The position numbers and the translations under genes were made by a program. The notes under the pieces are model-generated. The model saw only the letters and a program-made list of their open reading frames with translations. It made no database searches and was not told the DNA's origin. DNA of 64,000 nt from a virus. Below are positions 42,501 through 51,971 of the stretch, piece by piece. Numbering within the stretch: position 1 is the first letter of the stretch; each line of letters begins with the position of its first letter. Location of the stretch: IMG/VR virus record IMGVR_UViG_3300002835_000013. The stretch is one strand, 5' to 3'.

Positions 42501-43327
42501 TAGAAAACCCTTCTAATGTAAGATGGCTTATTGGACATCATTGCTTTTAGTTCGTCCTGAATCTGGACATAATACTCTTTTTTGATGACCTTAATCGATC
42601 GGCGCTCGTCATTCAGTCTTTTTTCGTGTTCGTATTGATACACAATTTCACCTTTAATAACAATTTCAATAGGTTCTCCATTGATAGTATATATTTCGGG
42701 TTGAATTAATTCTCCAGTGAGTGCTAGATTACCACGATCCAGAGATGCGCCGAATGGTTCGCCGTTGTCCAAGTCTGCTAGTAGATCGGGGGATTCGTTA
42801 TCGCTTTTGAAAAATGAGGAGTCGGCCGTTCTATATGTTGTGGACGTCCATGGTTCATAATAGCTGAAAGGAATTTCAGGTGGCATGTTCTCTGTTAGTC
42901 TTTCACCATTGACCACAAATCTTGTTACCGACTCAAATCCTGTTCTGGTATTTCTTCTTATTATTACTTTTTCATAATGATGCGGCGTTATCAAAGCATT
43001 CTCGATAGAACCATATTTCTCTATCACAAACTGATTGAAAGAATTTGGATCTAGTGGCCACTCAAACTGACCATCCATAATGTTATTCGCTAGTAGAATG
43101 AGCCAGAATCCACCAGCGTCGCCGTAGACTTTATGAGCCACAATTTCTGGTGTATCGCCATCCTCAATATCGTAAACAATATATGAGCCAATGTTATTGA
43201 TAACATCTCTAACAACGCCTAGACGATGAAAGATATTGGTGACCTGCTCATACTGTGGTTGGAGTCGTCTATTCTCAATATCATAATTGATTTTAGGAAA
43301 TAGATCGTAAAAACTACTGACTGCCAT
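42500..43327 (-). CDS. 53: Baseplate wedge gp53
   Basis: FPKINY, LysM-like DGDTPEIVAHKVYG..WLILLAN..EWP and YEHE.RLNDERRSIK motifs. Confidence 0.9.
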   Translation of the reverse strand: MAVSSFYDLFPKINYDIENRRLQPQYEQVTNIFHRLGVVRDVINNIGSYIVYDIEDGDTPEIVAHKVYGDAGGFWLILLANNIMDGQFEWPLDPNSFNQFVIEKYGSIENALITPHHYEKVIIRRNTRTGFESVTRFVVNGERLTENMPPEIPFSYYEPWTSTTYRTADSSFFKSDNESPDLLADLDNGEPFGASLDRGNLALTGELIQPEIYTINGEPIEIVIKGEIVYQYEHEKRLNDERRSIKVIKKEYYVQIQDELKAMMSNKPSYIRRVF

Positions 43328-43330
43328 TTG

Positions 43331-43831
43331 TTATCCTTTAATAACCCATTCGTCAATTCTTAGTTGAACTGCTTTTTCGTATTCTTCGGGTAATATTTGT
43401 ATAAATCTTGATCTAACATGAGTAAAAAGATATCTATGCACGGCTTCTGGCATAATCTTGTAAATTCTTCCTGTTTGTTCCAGTTCGCTTATCAGTTCTG
43501 CACCAACATCTATTCTGGATATGTCGCTTGTCTCTTTATAATCCTGAATAGACTTGACAAACTGTCTACGCTGACCCACTGGAAGATAGTGCATATTTAC
43601 TCCGAGAAATCCATTACCATACATTTTGATAGGAAATGTCATCGGATATTTGTCATAAATCGTCAGCGTCGCTTTGTGTTTTGGATCATACTTATAAAAA
43701 TACAAATTACCTATTATTGGGCTTGACCCTCTGTTACTATGCAATAGCCGCTTCTGAACCACACCAGACGTTAGATTCATGGCCTTGGTGTTGATCCATT
43801 TCGTCAATTCATCTTGGGTATATTCTGCCAT
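43331..43831 (-). CDS. 2: DNA end protector gp2
   Basis: YFYKYDPKHK.TL.YD.YP...GFLGVNMHYLP motif. Confidence 0.88.
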   Translation of the reverse strand: MAEYTQDELTKWINTKAMNLTSGVVQKRLLHSNRGSSPIIGNLYFYKYDPKHKATLTIYDKYPMTFPIKMYGNGFLGVNMHYLPVGQRRQFVKSIQDYKETSDISRIDVGAELISELEQTGRIYKIMPEAVHRYLFTHVRSRFIQILPEEYEKAVQLRIDEWVIKG

Positions 43832-43836
43832 ATTAT

Positions 43837-43844
43837 TATTTATA
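43837..43844 (-). promoter_or_regulatory. T4-type late promoter TATAAATA
   Basis: Exact consensus immediately upstream of gp2. Confidence 0.7.
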
Positions 43845-44291
43845 CTACATTTTGAATAAGTCTTCTTCGGTTATAAGTCTAAAAGTCCAGCCTCTATTCT
43901 CACAGAAATCTTCGGCAGCTTTCCATTTTGCTTGATTGATGCCCCAGGTCATGACTTCTGTAATATATCTTTTTGTTCTTCGTGACTGTTTCTTAGGCTC
44001 TTGTGTCTGTCCTCTGGGTTTTACTTCCAGAAGGTAGACTTGCTTATTGCCATTGTTATCCAGTGCTTCAACATAGAAGTCCACAAAGTATCGATGGTGC
44101 CTATTATCTATGGGTGAGACGTATGGTATAACCACTTCTTCGCTAGACCATGAAATAACGTTTTTATTCGTGTCACACCAGTTCATAACTTTCTTTTCCC
44201 AGCCAGACCGATATACGATATTGTTAGCGTCACCCTTATACTTTTCAGGAAATTGTGGTTTGAAAAATCCTTGCTTATACTCAAAAGCCAT
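43845..44291 (-). CDS. 4: Head completion nuclease gp4 (TnsA-like fold)
   Basis: KYKGD..NIVYRSGWE, WSSEE, RYFVDF, EVKP and NQAKW motifs. Confidence 0.93.
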   Translation of the reverse strand: MAFEYKQGFFKPQFPEKYKGDANNIVYRSGWEKKVMNWCDTNKNVISWSSEEVVIPYVSPIDNRHHRYFVDFYVEALDNNGNKQVYLLEVKPRGQTQEPKKQSRRTKRYITEVMTWGINQAKWKAAEDFCENRGWTFRLITEEDLFKM

Positions 44292-44334
44292 TTTATACCT
44301 CACTAAATATATGTAGCATTTTTGGAGTAATACC

Positions 44335-45120
44335 TTGAGATACGATCACGTTTTTCCAGCCGACTTAAATAACAATCCAGAATATGGACAAAAAGTCGTT
44401 TTCTATGCTTTCAAGTCGGAGGTACCTACTTGGATTAGTAGCCCTACCAATCAGCTAGTTCGATCCGTAACAGGAGGCGAGACATTCAACACTAAAAGAG
44501 AGATAGAGGATATCTTTGAAATCTATATTCCTGGTGGTGGTCAAGAAAGTATTATGACATGGGCACAAAATCATGTCTATGACGAGGTCAAGCTATCTCG
44601 TCTAGGAGCAACCGCTGTCGGTCTAGGCGCAGAGACTGGAGCGTCGGGACTAGTTGGTGCAGTTGCTAGATCGGCATTCAGAGGTGTTATCAATCCCGCA
44701 GTCGAGGTTCTCTATAGAAGCACCAATCTAAGAACATTTACCTTCTCTTTCGTGTTTGCACCAGAATCCAGTGCGGACGCCGATCAACTATTTGGAGCAA
44801 CAAATAGTGATAAGAGAGGTCTGCTAAACAGATTTAGATATCATGCTGCACCAGAGATTGCAGGACCTTTTGGTGCATTCTTTAAAAGTCCTTCTGAATG
44901 GGAAATCGAATTTCATTATAGAAAGCCTAACGGTCAGTGGGCAAAGAATGTTAATCTACCATACATCGCTAAGGGTGTTTTAGGTCGTGTCGATGTTGAT
45001 TATAATCCAATGTCAGAGTTTAGCACCTTCGAAGACGGAAGACCTGTAACTGCCAGACTTTCAATGTCGTTCCTAGAAATGGAAATCATCGACAAAAACA
45101 GAATCGAAACGGGATACTAA
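44335..45120 (+). CDS. 48: Baseplate tail-tube cap gp48
   Basis: INPAVEVLY....RTFTFSF.FAP and VDYNP...L.F.EME motifs; TTG start after GGAG; CTAAATA at about 44303. Confidence 0.8.
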   Translation: MRYDHVFPADLNNNPEYGQKVVFYAFKSEVPTWISSPTNQLVRSVTGGETFNTKREIEDIFEIYIPGGGQESIMTWAQNHVYDEVKLSRLGATAVGLGAETGASGLVGAVARSAFRGVINPAVEVLYRSTNLRTFTFSFVFAPESSADADQLFGATNSDKRGLLNRFRYHAAPEIAGPFGAFFKSPSEWEIEFHYRKPNGQWAKNVNLPYIAKGVLGRVDVDYNPMSEFSTFEDGRPVTARLSMSFLEMEIIDKNRIETGY

Positions 45121-45779
45121 TGGCTGCTAATATAACAAACGCACCGCTAAGAACTGAAATCAGTTCAATGATGGCTTCATTGGACGACAATTATAGTGTA
45201 GTCAAGGGTTGTAGATTTCTGGTTAGAATAAATCTTTCTGGTCTACTGCCTAGATTGAGTTACTCTAATAAAATAGGCACATTGATTTATGCTTGTGAAG
45301 CCGCACAGTTTCCTGGACGTGGATTTCAGACTGCCGAAGTCAGATACTACGGTCCAAAGCAAATGATGCCTACCAATACGACATATGGCGATGACTTCTC
45401 ATTGACCTTTCTTTGTCGTAGTAAAACACTTGAAAGACAATTCTTTGATGATTGGATGGACATTATTAATCCGCCAAACTCATATCACTTCAAATATCCT
45501 AACGAGTATTTTACAGACATTGATATATTCCAGTATGCTGAATATGGATCATTGGCAAATGCTTTCATCAATAAAGCAGATAACGCCACTGGTATACCGC
45601 CTACATCAAGAGCAAGCAATAGATATGTACCTGAGCCAATATATGCTTGGAAAATGAAAAAGTGTTGGCCTGTTTTAGTTGCTCCTCAGCAAGTATCTTG
45701 GGCAGAGAATGAAGTCCTAAGATTACAGGTTTCATTCGCATTCAAGAACTGGGAAAAACGAGTAGCAGCTAATATATAA
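45120..45779 (+). CDS. 54: Tail tube initiator gp54 (gp19-like)
   Basis: CEAAQFPG, FFDDWMD and LQVSFAFKNW motifs. Confidence 0.72.
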   Translation: MAANITNAPLRTEISSMMASLDDNYSVVKGCRFLVRINLSGLLPRLSYSNKIGTLIYACEAAQFPGRGFQTAEVRYYGPKQMMPTNTTYGDDFSLTFLCRSKTLERQFFDDWMDIINPPNSYHFKYPNEYFTDIDIFQYAEYGSLANAFINKADNATGIPPTSRASNRYVPEPIYAWKMKKCWPVLVAPQQVSWAENEVLRLQVSFAFKNWEKRVAANI

Positions 45780-45807
45780 AAATTTTTAGATAAATTGGAG
45801 TTGTATT

Positions 45808-46533
45808 ATGACATTACCTAAGATTGAGGTGCCTACTTACGAATTGACGATGCCTATTAGTGGTGAAACGCTGACAGTCAGACCGTTCAATGTAAGAGAA
45901 GAAAAGCTATTACTGATTGCTTTAGAGTCAAAAGATCAAAATGAAATCGTAAATACAGTCAAGCAGGTCGTGAATAACTGTATCGTTACTGGTAAGTTTG
46001 ATGTAAATAAGTCGCCGTTCTTCGAGGTAGACTTTCTGTTCATCTTCCTAAGAGCAAAGAGCATCGGTGAAAAAGTAGCGGTAAAATTAACCTGTAATAA
46101 TGTGATTGAGGAAGATAAAGTATGTGGCAACATATTCTCTGCCGAGATGGACGTTTCAAACTGTGAACTAGTAAATGATAATCCTGTGCCTAACGACATA
46201 CCTCTAGGTGGTGGCAAGGGCGTCAAAATGAAATATCCTGGTTATGGCTCTATGAAGAAGATAGACGGCGGCCTTGATATCGATAGAACAGTAAATATCG
46301 TTGTCAATAGTATAGATTACATTTACGACAAAGATGGTGTTTACTCGGCAAAAGATTATAGCAAGGAAGAACTAAACGACTTTGTAATGGGTCTGACCGA
46401 AGAGAACTTTAGAAAGCTGGAAGAATATATCGAAAACTTTCCATCTTTCGTGGTCAACATAGAAGCGAAATGTAACAAGTGTGGATTCGATCATAAAGTG
46501 AGGTACAAGAATTTCGCTGATTTTTTTCTCTGA
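45808..46533 (+). CDS. 26: Baseplate hub assembly protein gp26
   Basis: LPKIEVPTYEL, RPFNVREEKLLL, LRAKSIGE and C-terminal CxxC motifs. Confidence 0.92.
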   Translation: MTLPKIEVPTYELTMPISGETLTVRPFNVREEKLLLIALESKDQNEIVNTVKQVVNNCIVTGKFDVNKSPFFEVDFLFIFLRAKSIGEKVAVKLTCNNVIEEDKVCGNIFSAEMDVSNCELVNDNPVPNDIPLGGGKGVKMKYPGYGSMKKIDGGLDIDRTVNIVVNSIDYIYDKDGVYSAKDYSKEELNDFVMGLTEENFRKLEEYIENFPSFVVNIEAKCNKCGFDHKVRYKNFADFFL

Positions 46534-46535
46534 TA

Positions 46536-46754
46536 ATGTCCTATGAGGGTCTCTCGGGACATTTCAAGAATAACTTTAGTTTACTACATCATCATAAGTG
46601 GCCTTTGTCGGATGTTGAGAATATGGTACCATGGGAGCGACAAATCTATATTGAAATGTTGGCTCTGTTCCTGAAAGAGCAAGAGCAAAAGATGAAAGAC
46701 CTAGAGAATGAGCAAAGGGCACAACTACAACAAATGCTAAGAAAAAAGATGTAA
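46536..46754 (+). CDS. 51: Baseplate hub assembly catalyst gp51
   Basis: NFSLLHHHKWPLSDVENMVPWERQIY motif. Confidence 0.88.
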   Translation: MSYEGLSGHFKNNFSLLHHHKWPLSDVENMVPWERQIYIEMLALFLKEQEQKMKDLENEQRAQLQQMLRKKM

Positions 46755-49700
46755 ATGGCAAAGAAATCAAACTACTCAAAACTCGCCGAATTTAGATCCG
46801 AAGAAAGGGATAGACTAGTTAGGTCTAATCCTAATCTATTACAAGGTCTCACGCCTACACAGATAGCAGAACTCTTTCCTGATTATTTTAGAAGAGGAAC
46901 ACCAGATGTTGGCGGATTTAGAGAGGCTATCTCTAAAGAGTCAGCTAGAAAACAAAGTCTATGGCAAGGTAGCGTTGATACTCGTTTAGATCGTCAAGGT
47001 GGTATGCTATCGAGAATGCGCCAAGAATATGGCGGCGGTTCTTTCACTGATAGTTCTGTAGGAACAGGTAGTAAGCAGTTTCAAGCCTTAGCTCCTAGAA
47101 TTATGAAAGACTTGCAAAGAGATTTTCCAGGTTTAACAAAAGAAGACGCTGCTGCAATTGTTGGTAATCTTGGCGAAGAGTCTGGTGGATTCGGACAAAT
47201 GTCAGAAGCAGGCGGTCGAGGACCTGGTCGTGGATGGGCTCAATGGACAAGTCCAGATAGAAAAGCCAAATTCTTAGCAAACGTTCAGAAGTATGGCGGC
47301 GATTTAGCAAACTATCAAGCAAACTATGAAACACTAAGAGATGAGTTGAAAGGCGCATACGCTCCTGCACTTAGAGAGATGATGGCCGCACAAGGTTTGC
47401 AAAACAAAACTCATGTGTTTATGAGACGATTTGAAAATCCTGGTGTTGAAGCATTTGATGTTAGAATGCGTTATGCACAAAGAGCGGTAAATGTTTATGA
47501 AGCACCAGATACTACACCACAGCAAGGAAAAGGTGGAGCGACTACACCCCAACAGCAAGCAGGACAAGCAGGAACAGGAGCCACGACTCCTAGCGCACCT
47601 GCAGGTGATACGACAAAACAAGCAGGACAAAGAACAGAAGGTGCTAAGTTTAGTGTAGTATCTAACTACATTGTACCTAACGATAAATCGCTATACGACA
47701 CAAGAAACGCACAGCAATGTGCCACACTGTCAAAAGCGTTTAATCCTAATATTGGTAGATCGAACAGCTGGACGGTTGTTGATGGTGATATTAAAGCGGG
47801 TCAGATTGTAGCAACAAAACAATATAACAATCCAGGCGCAGATAGAGTTCACTCTGGTTATCATACAGGTGTCGCACTAACAGCACCAAATGAAAAAGGT
47901 GACTTTCTATTACTAGAACAATTCAATGGTTCTGGCGGTGCTAGAACGAAGTGGGTTAACAAGAATAGTTATCCAATCGGTAATACTGGTAAGACAACAT
48001 CATTTGGTCTAATCTCTTCTGGTGGTAAAGTTCATGACGAAGTTTCACAAGAAGCACTAGCATATGGTCAAGGACTCGGATCACCTGCACAAAAATCTGC
48101 GGTTGGTACCAACTCTGGAACACCAGGCACTGGCGGTGAATCTGCTCCTGGCGTCGAAGGTAATGTAGATTACGCTGGTGAACCTGGTAATATCGGCGGT
48201 GCATCTATGGGTGAGGCAGAACAACAATCCGCTTCACTAATGCAACCTGTAGCAATGATGCGAAATCTCATGGGTATGATGGGAGGAATGATGGGTGGCG
48301 GAACAGCATCTCCACTCGGCCTCATTACAACAGCAATGGGATTTATCATGCCACTGATAGGTTCTATCGCCGGTGAAAGATTATCTGGTGAAGGTATGGG
48401 TGACGCTGGACCAAGAGCATTACCAAGAATAAACATAAATCGTACCTCAGGTGGTAGAGGTGGTCATCGAGCAGCGTCACACACTCATGGACATACACAG
48501 ACAAGAGCAAGAAAAGCTGATACTTATTCTCCTAGTGTATCATCGTCAGGTCTAAATCAAAAAAGTAACTTGGCGAATTATACAAGTATTCATGCTGCTC
48601 CTGCTATTGGCGCATCTCAACAACAATATAATGCTTTTAGAGAAGCTGTAGCAAGTATTGAAAGTCGTGGTGGTAACTATAATCTTCGTGGTGGTTCAAG
48701 CAATCGTTTTGCTGGTGCATATCAAATGGGCGGCGGCGAGATTAAAGAGATTGCTAAGTTTCTAGGAGAGCAAGCACCAGTCGCAAGAATGAAAGGATCA
48801 AGAAAGATTGCGGCGTCTGACGAGTTTTTGCAAAATCCACAAATGCAAGAAAAGTATTTTGATGCATACGTGTTACAACATCATAATCACTTAATGAAGA
48901 ATAATAAAAAGTATGCTGCCATGTCTCCAGAAGACAGACTTAAAGTCCTTGGTTATGCTCACAATCAAGGAGCAGGTGGCGCTAATAAGTGGTTAAGAAC
49001 AGGTGCATCAAAAGCAGATGCATTTGGAACAGATGCAACGAAATACTCTTACAGAATCGGCAAGCAGTTTGAAGGATTACAAGTAGCACAAGCTGCCGAG
49101 AAGCAAGGAACACAATTAGCATCGACAACGCCTGCATCCTCAACAGGTCAAGTAGGACCAACACCTGCAACTCCGTCATCAACTATTGGTCCAACTACAC
49201 AGATGGCTCAAGCGCCAAAAACATTTATGGAAAGAATGTTTCCTTCTACGGGGGCTGCTGAAATCAATGCGACAACACCAAAATCAGAAGTTAGAACATC
49301 ACCAGCTTTTGCTGCACCCACTGTTCCTGTTTCTAGAGAAGCCAGAACTCCTCTTGGCATATATTCTAATCCTTCAAGATATGATGTTATGTCACAGTTT
49401 GGATATAGAAAACAACTAGACACAGCTTCGGTTATATCGCAATCTTCGTCTCCTGCGGTACCTGCTGCATCGACACCACAACAGACTACTGTGACAGCGA
49501 TGCCTCATGTTCATAATACACCAGGACCTGCTCCTGATATGACCAGTATGCAAATGAACCAGATTAGAAATCAAATGCAAATGATGACGCCTCAGGCGCC
49601 GCCACAAAATGTTATGCCAACAATACAAAATCCATCACCAGTGACACAGGTTCTAAATCACGATCATACAATGAATATGATACAGAATCCTGCGGATACA

Positions 49701-49793
49701 CCATCTGCTTATCGTGCATTTGCTAGAGCATATGGAAATGAAACGCCAGGAACATTTGGCGAAGGACACTTCAACTACGGTAATGCCAGATAA
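46755..49793 (+). CDS. Virion-associated multi-domain peptidoglycan hydrolase (gp29/tape-measure position)
   Basis: Phage-tail-lysozyme motif (AAAIVGNLGEESG...GWAQWT...FENP); Cys/His amidase-like domain (QCATL...HTGV...LEQF); second lysozyme-like domain (IESRGGNY...GAYQM...QE). Confidence 0.72.
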   Translation: MAKKSNYSKLAEFRSEERDRLVRSNPNLLQGLTPTQIAELFPDYFRRGTPDVGGFREAISKESARKQSLWQGSVDTRLDRQGGMLSRMRQEYGGGSFTDSSVGTGSKQFQALAPRIMKDLQRDFPGLTKEDAAAIVGNLGEESGGFGQMSEAGGRGPGRGWAQWTSPDRKAKFLANVQKYGGDLANYQANYETLRDELKGAYAPALREMMAAQGLQNKTHVFMRRFENPGVEAFDVRMRYAQRAVNVYEAPDTTPQQGKGGATTPQQQAGQAGTGATTPSAPAGDTTKQAGQRTEGAKFSVVSNYIVPNDKSLYDTRNAQQCATLSKAFNPNIGRSNSWTVVDGDIKAGQIVATKQYNNPGADRVHSGYHTGVALTAPNEKGDFLLLEQFNGSGGARTKWVNKNSYPIGNTGKTTSFGLISSGGKVHDEVSQEALAYGQGLGSPAQKSAVGTNSGTPGTGGESAPGVEGNVDYAGEPGNIGGASMGEAEQQSASLMQPVAMMRNLMGMMGGMMGGGTASPLGLITTAMGFIMPLIGSIAGERLSGEGMGDAGPRALPRININRTSGGRGGHRAASHTHGHTQTRARKADTYSPSVSSSGLNQKSNLANYTSIHAAPAIGASQQQYNAFREAVASIESRGGNYNLRGGSSNRFAGAYQMGGGEIKEIAKFLGEQAPVARMKGSRKIAASDEFLQNPQMQEKYFDAYVLQHHNHLMKNNKKYAAMSPEDRLKVLGYAHNQGAGGANKWLRTGASKADAFGTDATKYSYRIGKQFEGLQVAQAAEKQGTQLASTTPASSTGQVGPTPATPSSTIGPTTQMAQAPKTFMERMFPSTGAAEINATTPKSEVRTSPAFAAPTVPVSREARTPLGIYSNPSRYDVMSQFGYRKQLDTASVISQSSSPAVPAASTPQQTTVTAMPHVHNTPGPAPDMTSMQMNQIRNQMQMMTPQAPPQNVMPTIQNPSPVTQVLNHDHTMNMIQNPADTPSAYRAFARAYGNETPGTFGEGHFNYGNAR

Positions 49794-49799
49794 AAGAAA

Positions 49800-49819
49800 G
49801 GGGAGCATTTCTGCTCCCC
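49800..49819. terminator. Intrinsic terminator between convergent genes
   Basis: GGGGAGCA-TTTC-TGCTCCCC hairpin with a TTTCTTTT tail on the minus strand. Confidence 0.8.
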
Positions 49820-49826
49820 AATCTTC

Positions 49827-50795
49827 TTAGTCGTTTAGTAGATCACGAAATTCCTTTAGATCAGGATCATCGTCATCTTCGTCCTCAATCACAGGTGCCG
49901 CTGCCTTGCGAGCAACTGGCTTAGGATCATGGAAGGGAATATCCTCATCCTCATCAACAACCTTTGCTGCCTTGACCTTAGCGAGATTTCTCTCAAGGAC
50001 TTCATCGGTATATGTTGACTTGCCAGGTGTCAGACCTAGAACATCATTTAGACGAGCCTTTAGCTGGTCATATGTCTTGAAGTTCTTTGGATCGATAATC
50101 TCCTTGAGGGAGTATTCTGTCTTCCAAATCTGTTCAAGTTCACCATCATCCTCGGATAGAGGACCTGGAGTTAGGAACACCGATTCGTCATAGTTAGGAA
50201 AACCAGACTGACGGACCATCTTCAACTTGAAGTTAGCACCTTCCCAAAGATCGAATGGATTGATCTTCTTTTCTGAATCAAGGTCTGGATTCATCATCTT
50301 TGTAATCTTATCAAAGATTTTCTTACCATACTTGAATAGAAAGACCTTGCCTTCATTCTGAGGATTCTTAGGATCACTCACCACATAGATGTTAGAAACA
50401 TAGTGGAGGCGACGCTTCTGCTCACGGGCCTGCTTACGCTCTGGTGAGTTATCATCGGTCGAAGCATTCCATAGAGTAGAATTGTATTCAGAAACAGGAT
50501 CCTTGACGCCCTGACCAAGAGTGGTCAGTGACTTCTCAATATACCACTTACCGGTGAACTTGTTTTGAAAACCGTGATCCCAATACTGAACCCATGGAAG
50601 AGCATCATCGCCATCCGCTGCAGGACCAGGAAGAAAACGAATAACCGCAAGAGCATTGCCAGCCTTATCTTGTGTAGGCTTCCAATAGTTGTCTGTGGAA
50701 TCGTCTTTATCGTAGGTGGGCTTATTCATCTCGTCAACCTTCTTGAGAAGGCTGGAGAAGTCTTTGGATTGTTTCTTAAGGTTTGAAAAGTTCAT
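49827..50795 (-). CDS. 32: Single-stranded DNA-binding protein gp32
   Basis: DKAGNALAVIRFLP, KVFLFKYGKKIFDKI and FDLWEGANFKLK motifs; acidic C-terminal tail. Confidence 0.96.
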   Translation of the reverse strand: MNFSNLKKQSKDFSSLLKKVDEMNKPTYDKDDSTDNYWKPTQDKAGNALAVIRFLPGPAADGDDALPWVQYWDHGFQNKFTGKWYIEKSLTTLGQGVKDPVSEYNSTLWNASTDDNSPERKQAREQKRRLHYVSNIYVVSDPKNPQNEGKVFLFKYGKKIFDKITKMMNPDLDSEKKINPFDLWEGANFKLKMVRQSGFPNYDESVFLTPGPLSEDDGELEQIWKTEYSLKEIIDPKNFKTYDQLKARLNDVLGLTPGKSTYTDEVLERNLAKVKAAKVVDEDEDIPFHDPKPVARKAAAPVIEDEDDDDPDLKEFRDLLND

Positions 50796-50855
50796 TGTAT
50801 TTTCCTTGTATTTGCGTTGTATGTTTTCTTATCCACATCATCATAATAAAAATAG

Positions 50856-50884
50856 ATAATAACACAAGAATCTCCTTGTGTCAA
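50856..50884 (-). promoter_or_regulatory. Sigma70-type promoter of gene 32 with an internal palindrome
   Basis: TTGACA-17 nt-TATTAT; ACACAAG-N6-CTTGTGT palindrome spans the spacer. Confidence 0.65.
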
Positions 50885-50895
50885 ATGTTATTTAG

Positions 50896-51207
50896 TCACC
50901 AATCAATGGCAGGATCATGTAGATCCTCCCATTCCCATTTACCAATGAAGTCTCGTTTTGTCTGCTCAACTGCGGAGCATTCAAAGCGAATCTCTTGCCA
51001 CGTCTTATCTCCCCATACACGACGAGGATTACCACACCAAATGCAACCAGATACACCACAGTCCATTGCATCCATTTTATGAAAGCGATGTGGCTGAATA
51101 GTATCTCCATACTTATTGAACCAGTATGATGACTTTTTCACCTTGACTTGTCTATCGATGTGTCGCTTCTTTTGTTGGAATCTTCTCTGTCTTCTTTCTT
51201 TATTCAA
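50896..51207 (-). CDS. Basic Cys-motif hypothetical protein
   Basis: Probable TTG start; CGVSGCIWCGNPRR motif; Arg/Lys-rich. Confidence 0.6.
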   Translation of the reverse strand: MNKERRQRRFQQKKRHIDRQVKVKKSSYWFNKYGDTIQPHRFHKMDAMDCGVSGCIWCGNPRRVWGDKTWQEIRFECSAVEQTKRDFIGKWEWEDLHDPAIDW

Positions 51208-51382
51208 GAATAATCTCCAAATAGTGTTCCACTTCTTCATTTGGTAGATAACTAGTCTTTGTTTCCGTCTCATAGATTTCAATCTGCGAGACATGAGAAC
51301 CGTCATACTTATAGAACACTTCGTATCTTCCGTCAACCCACCCTTTCAATATGTCGGATGCGTTCCCTTCTAGTGTCTTCAT
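51200..51382 (-). CDS. Small hypothetical protein
   Basis: 60-aa ORF bridging gp59 and the next gene. Confidence 0.5.
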   Translation of the reverse strand: MKTLEGNASDILKGWVDGRYEVFYKYDGSHVSQIEIYETETKTSYLPNEEVEHYLEIILE

Positions 51383-51971
51383 TGACCTTCTCCTTCAGTA
51401 TGGCTTTGAACTTCTCGGCATCATACTTTATGAACGGTCTAAACTTGCGGAGTTTCAAAGCAACTCTTGACCAGATGATATCATCATCGCCAAGGTATTT
51501 ATCAAACTTTGAAGCGTAAGGAACAAAGTCGTTTAGAATTGCCGCAGACTCCAGAGCAATAGACTTCCGCAGAATAAGAGTAACAATGAAAGGATACTCA
51601 CCATCGACAACATCAAAAGCATATTTACAACCATGCTCAAATACTTTGTCCACATCGTTTCTAAAAATGTATGAGAGGGATTGTCTTCTCTTTTCTGCCT
51701 CCCAGAATGTTCCATGCGCTTCTTCTCCTATCATCTCGGTAATGTAATGACGGTCCTCTAGCAGATTAGCAACGAAGAAGTTTTTGAGTTCCTCGGCATT
51801 GTATAGTTTCGCTACCTTCTCAAAGAAAGCCTTATCGTTGCGTTTTAGATATGACTCTTTCGTAGCACGGAGTTTACCGTTCATTAGAAAGAAGTCATAC
51901 TTGACCTTGGTGAAATGAGTTCGCAAGGCCAAGAATAACAGATATGCTCCATAACCAGAGAAGTGTTTCAT
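51333..51971 (-). CDS. 59: Helicase loader gp59
   Basis: AY..FLALRTHFT..KYDFF...GK...RNDK.FF motif; next to gp32. Confidence 0.88.
   Translation of the reverse strand: MKHFSGYGAYLLFLALRTHFTKVKYDFFLMNGKLRATKESYLKRNDKAFFEKVAKLYNAEELKNFFVANLLEDRHYITEMIGEEAHGTFWEAEKRRQSLSYIFRNDVDKVFEHGCKYAFDVVDGEYPFIVTLILRKSIALESAAILNDFVPYASKFDKYLGDDDIIWSRVALKLRKFRPFIKYDAEKFKAILKEKVNEDTRRERIRHIERVG

Noticed and set aside
51208-51336. N-terminal extension of the 146-aa ORF 50896-51336
   Set aside because: It overlaps the 51200-51382 ORF. A TTG start at 51207 gives normal gene packing, though this is uncertain.
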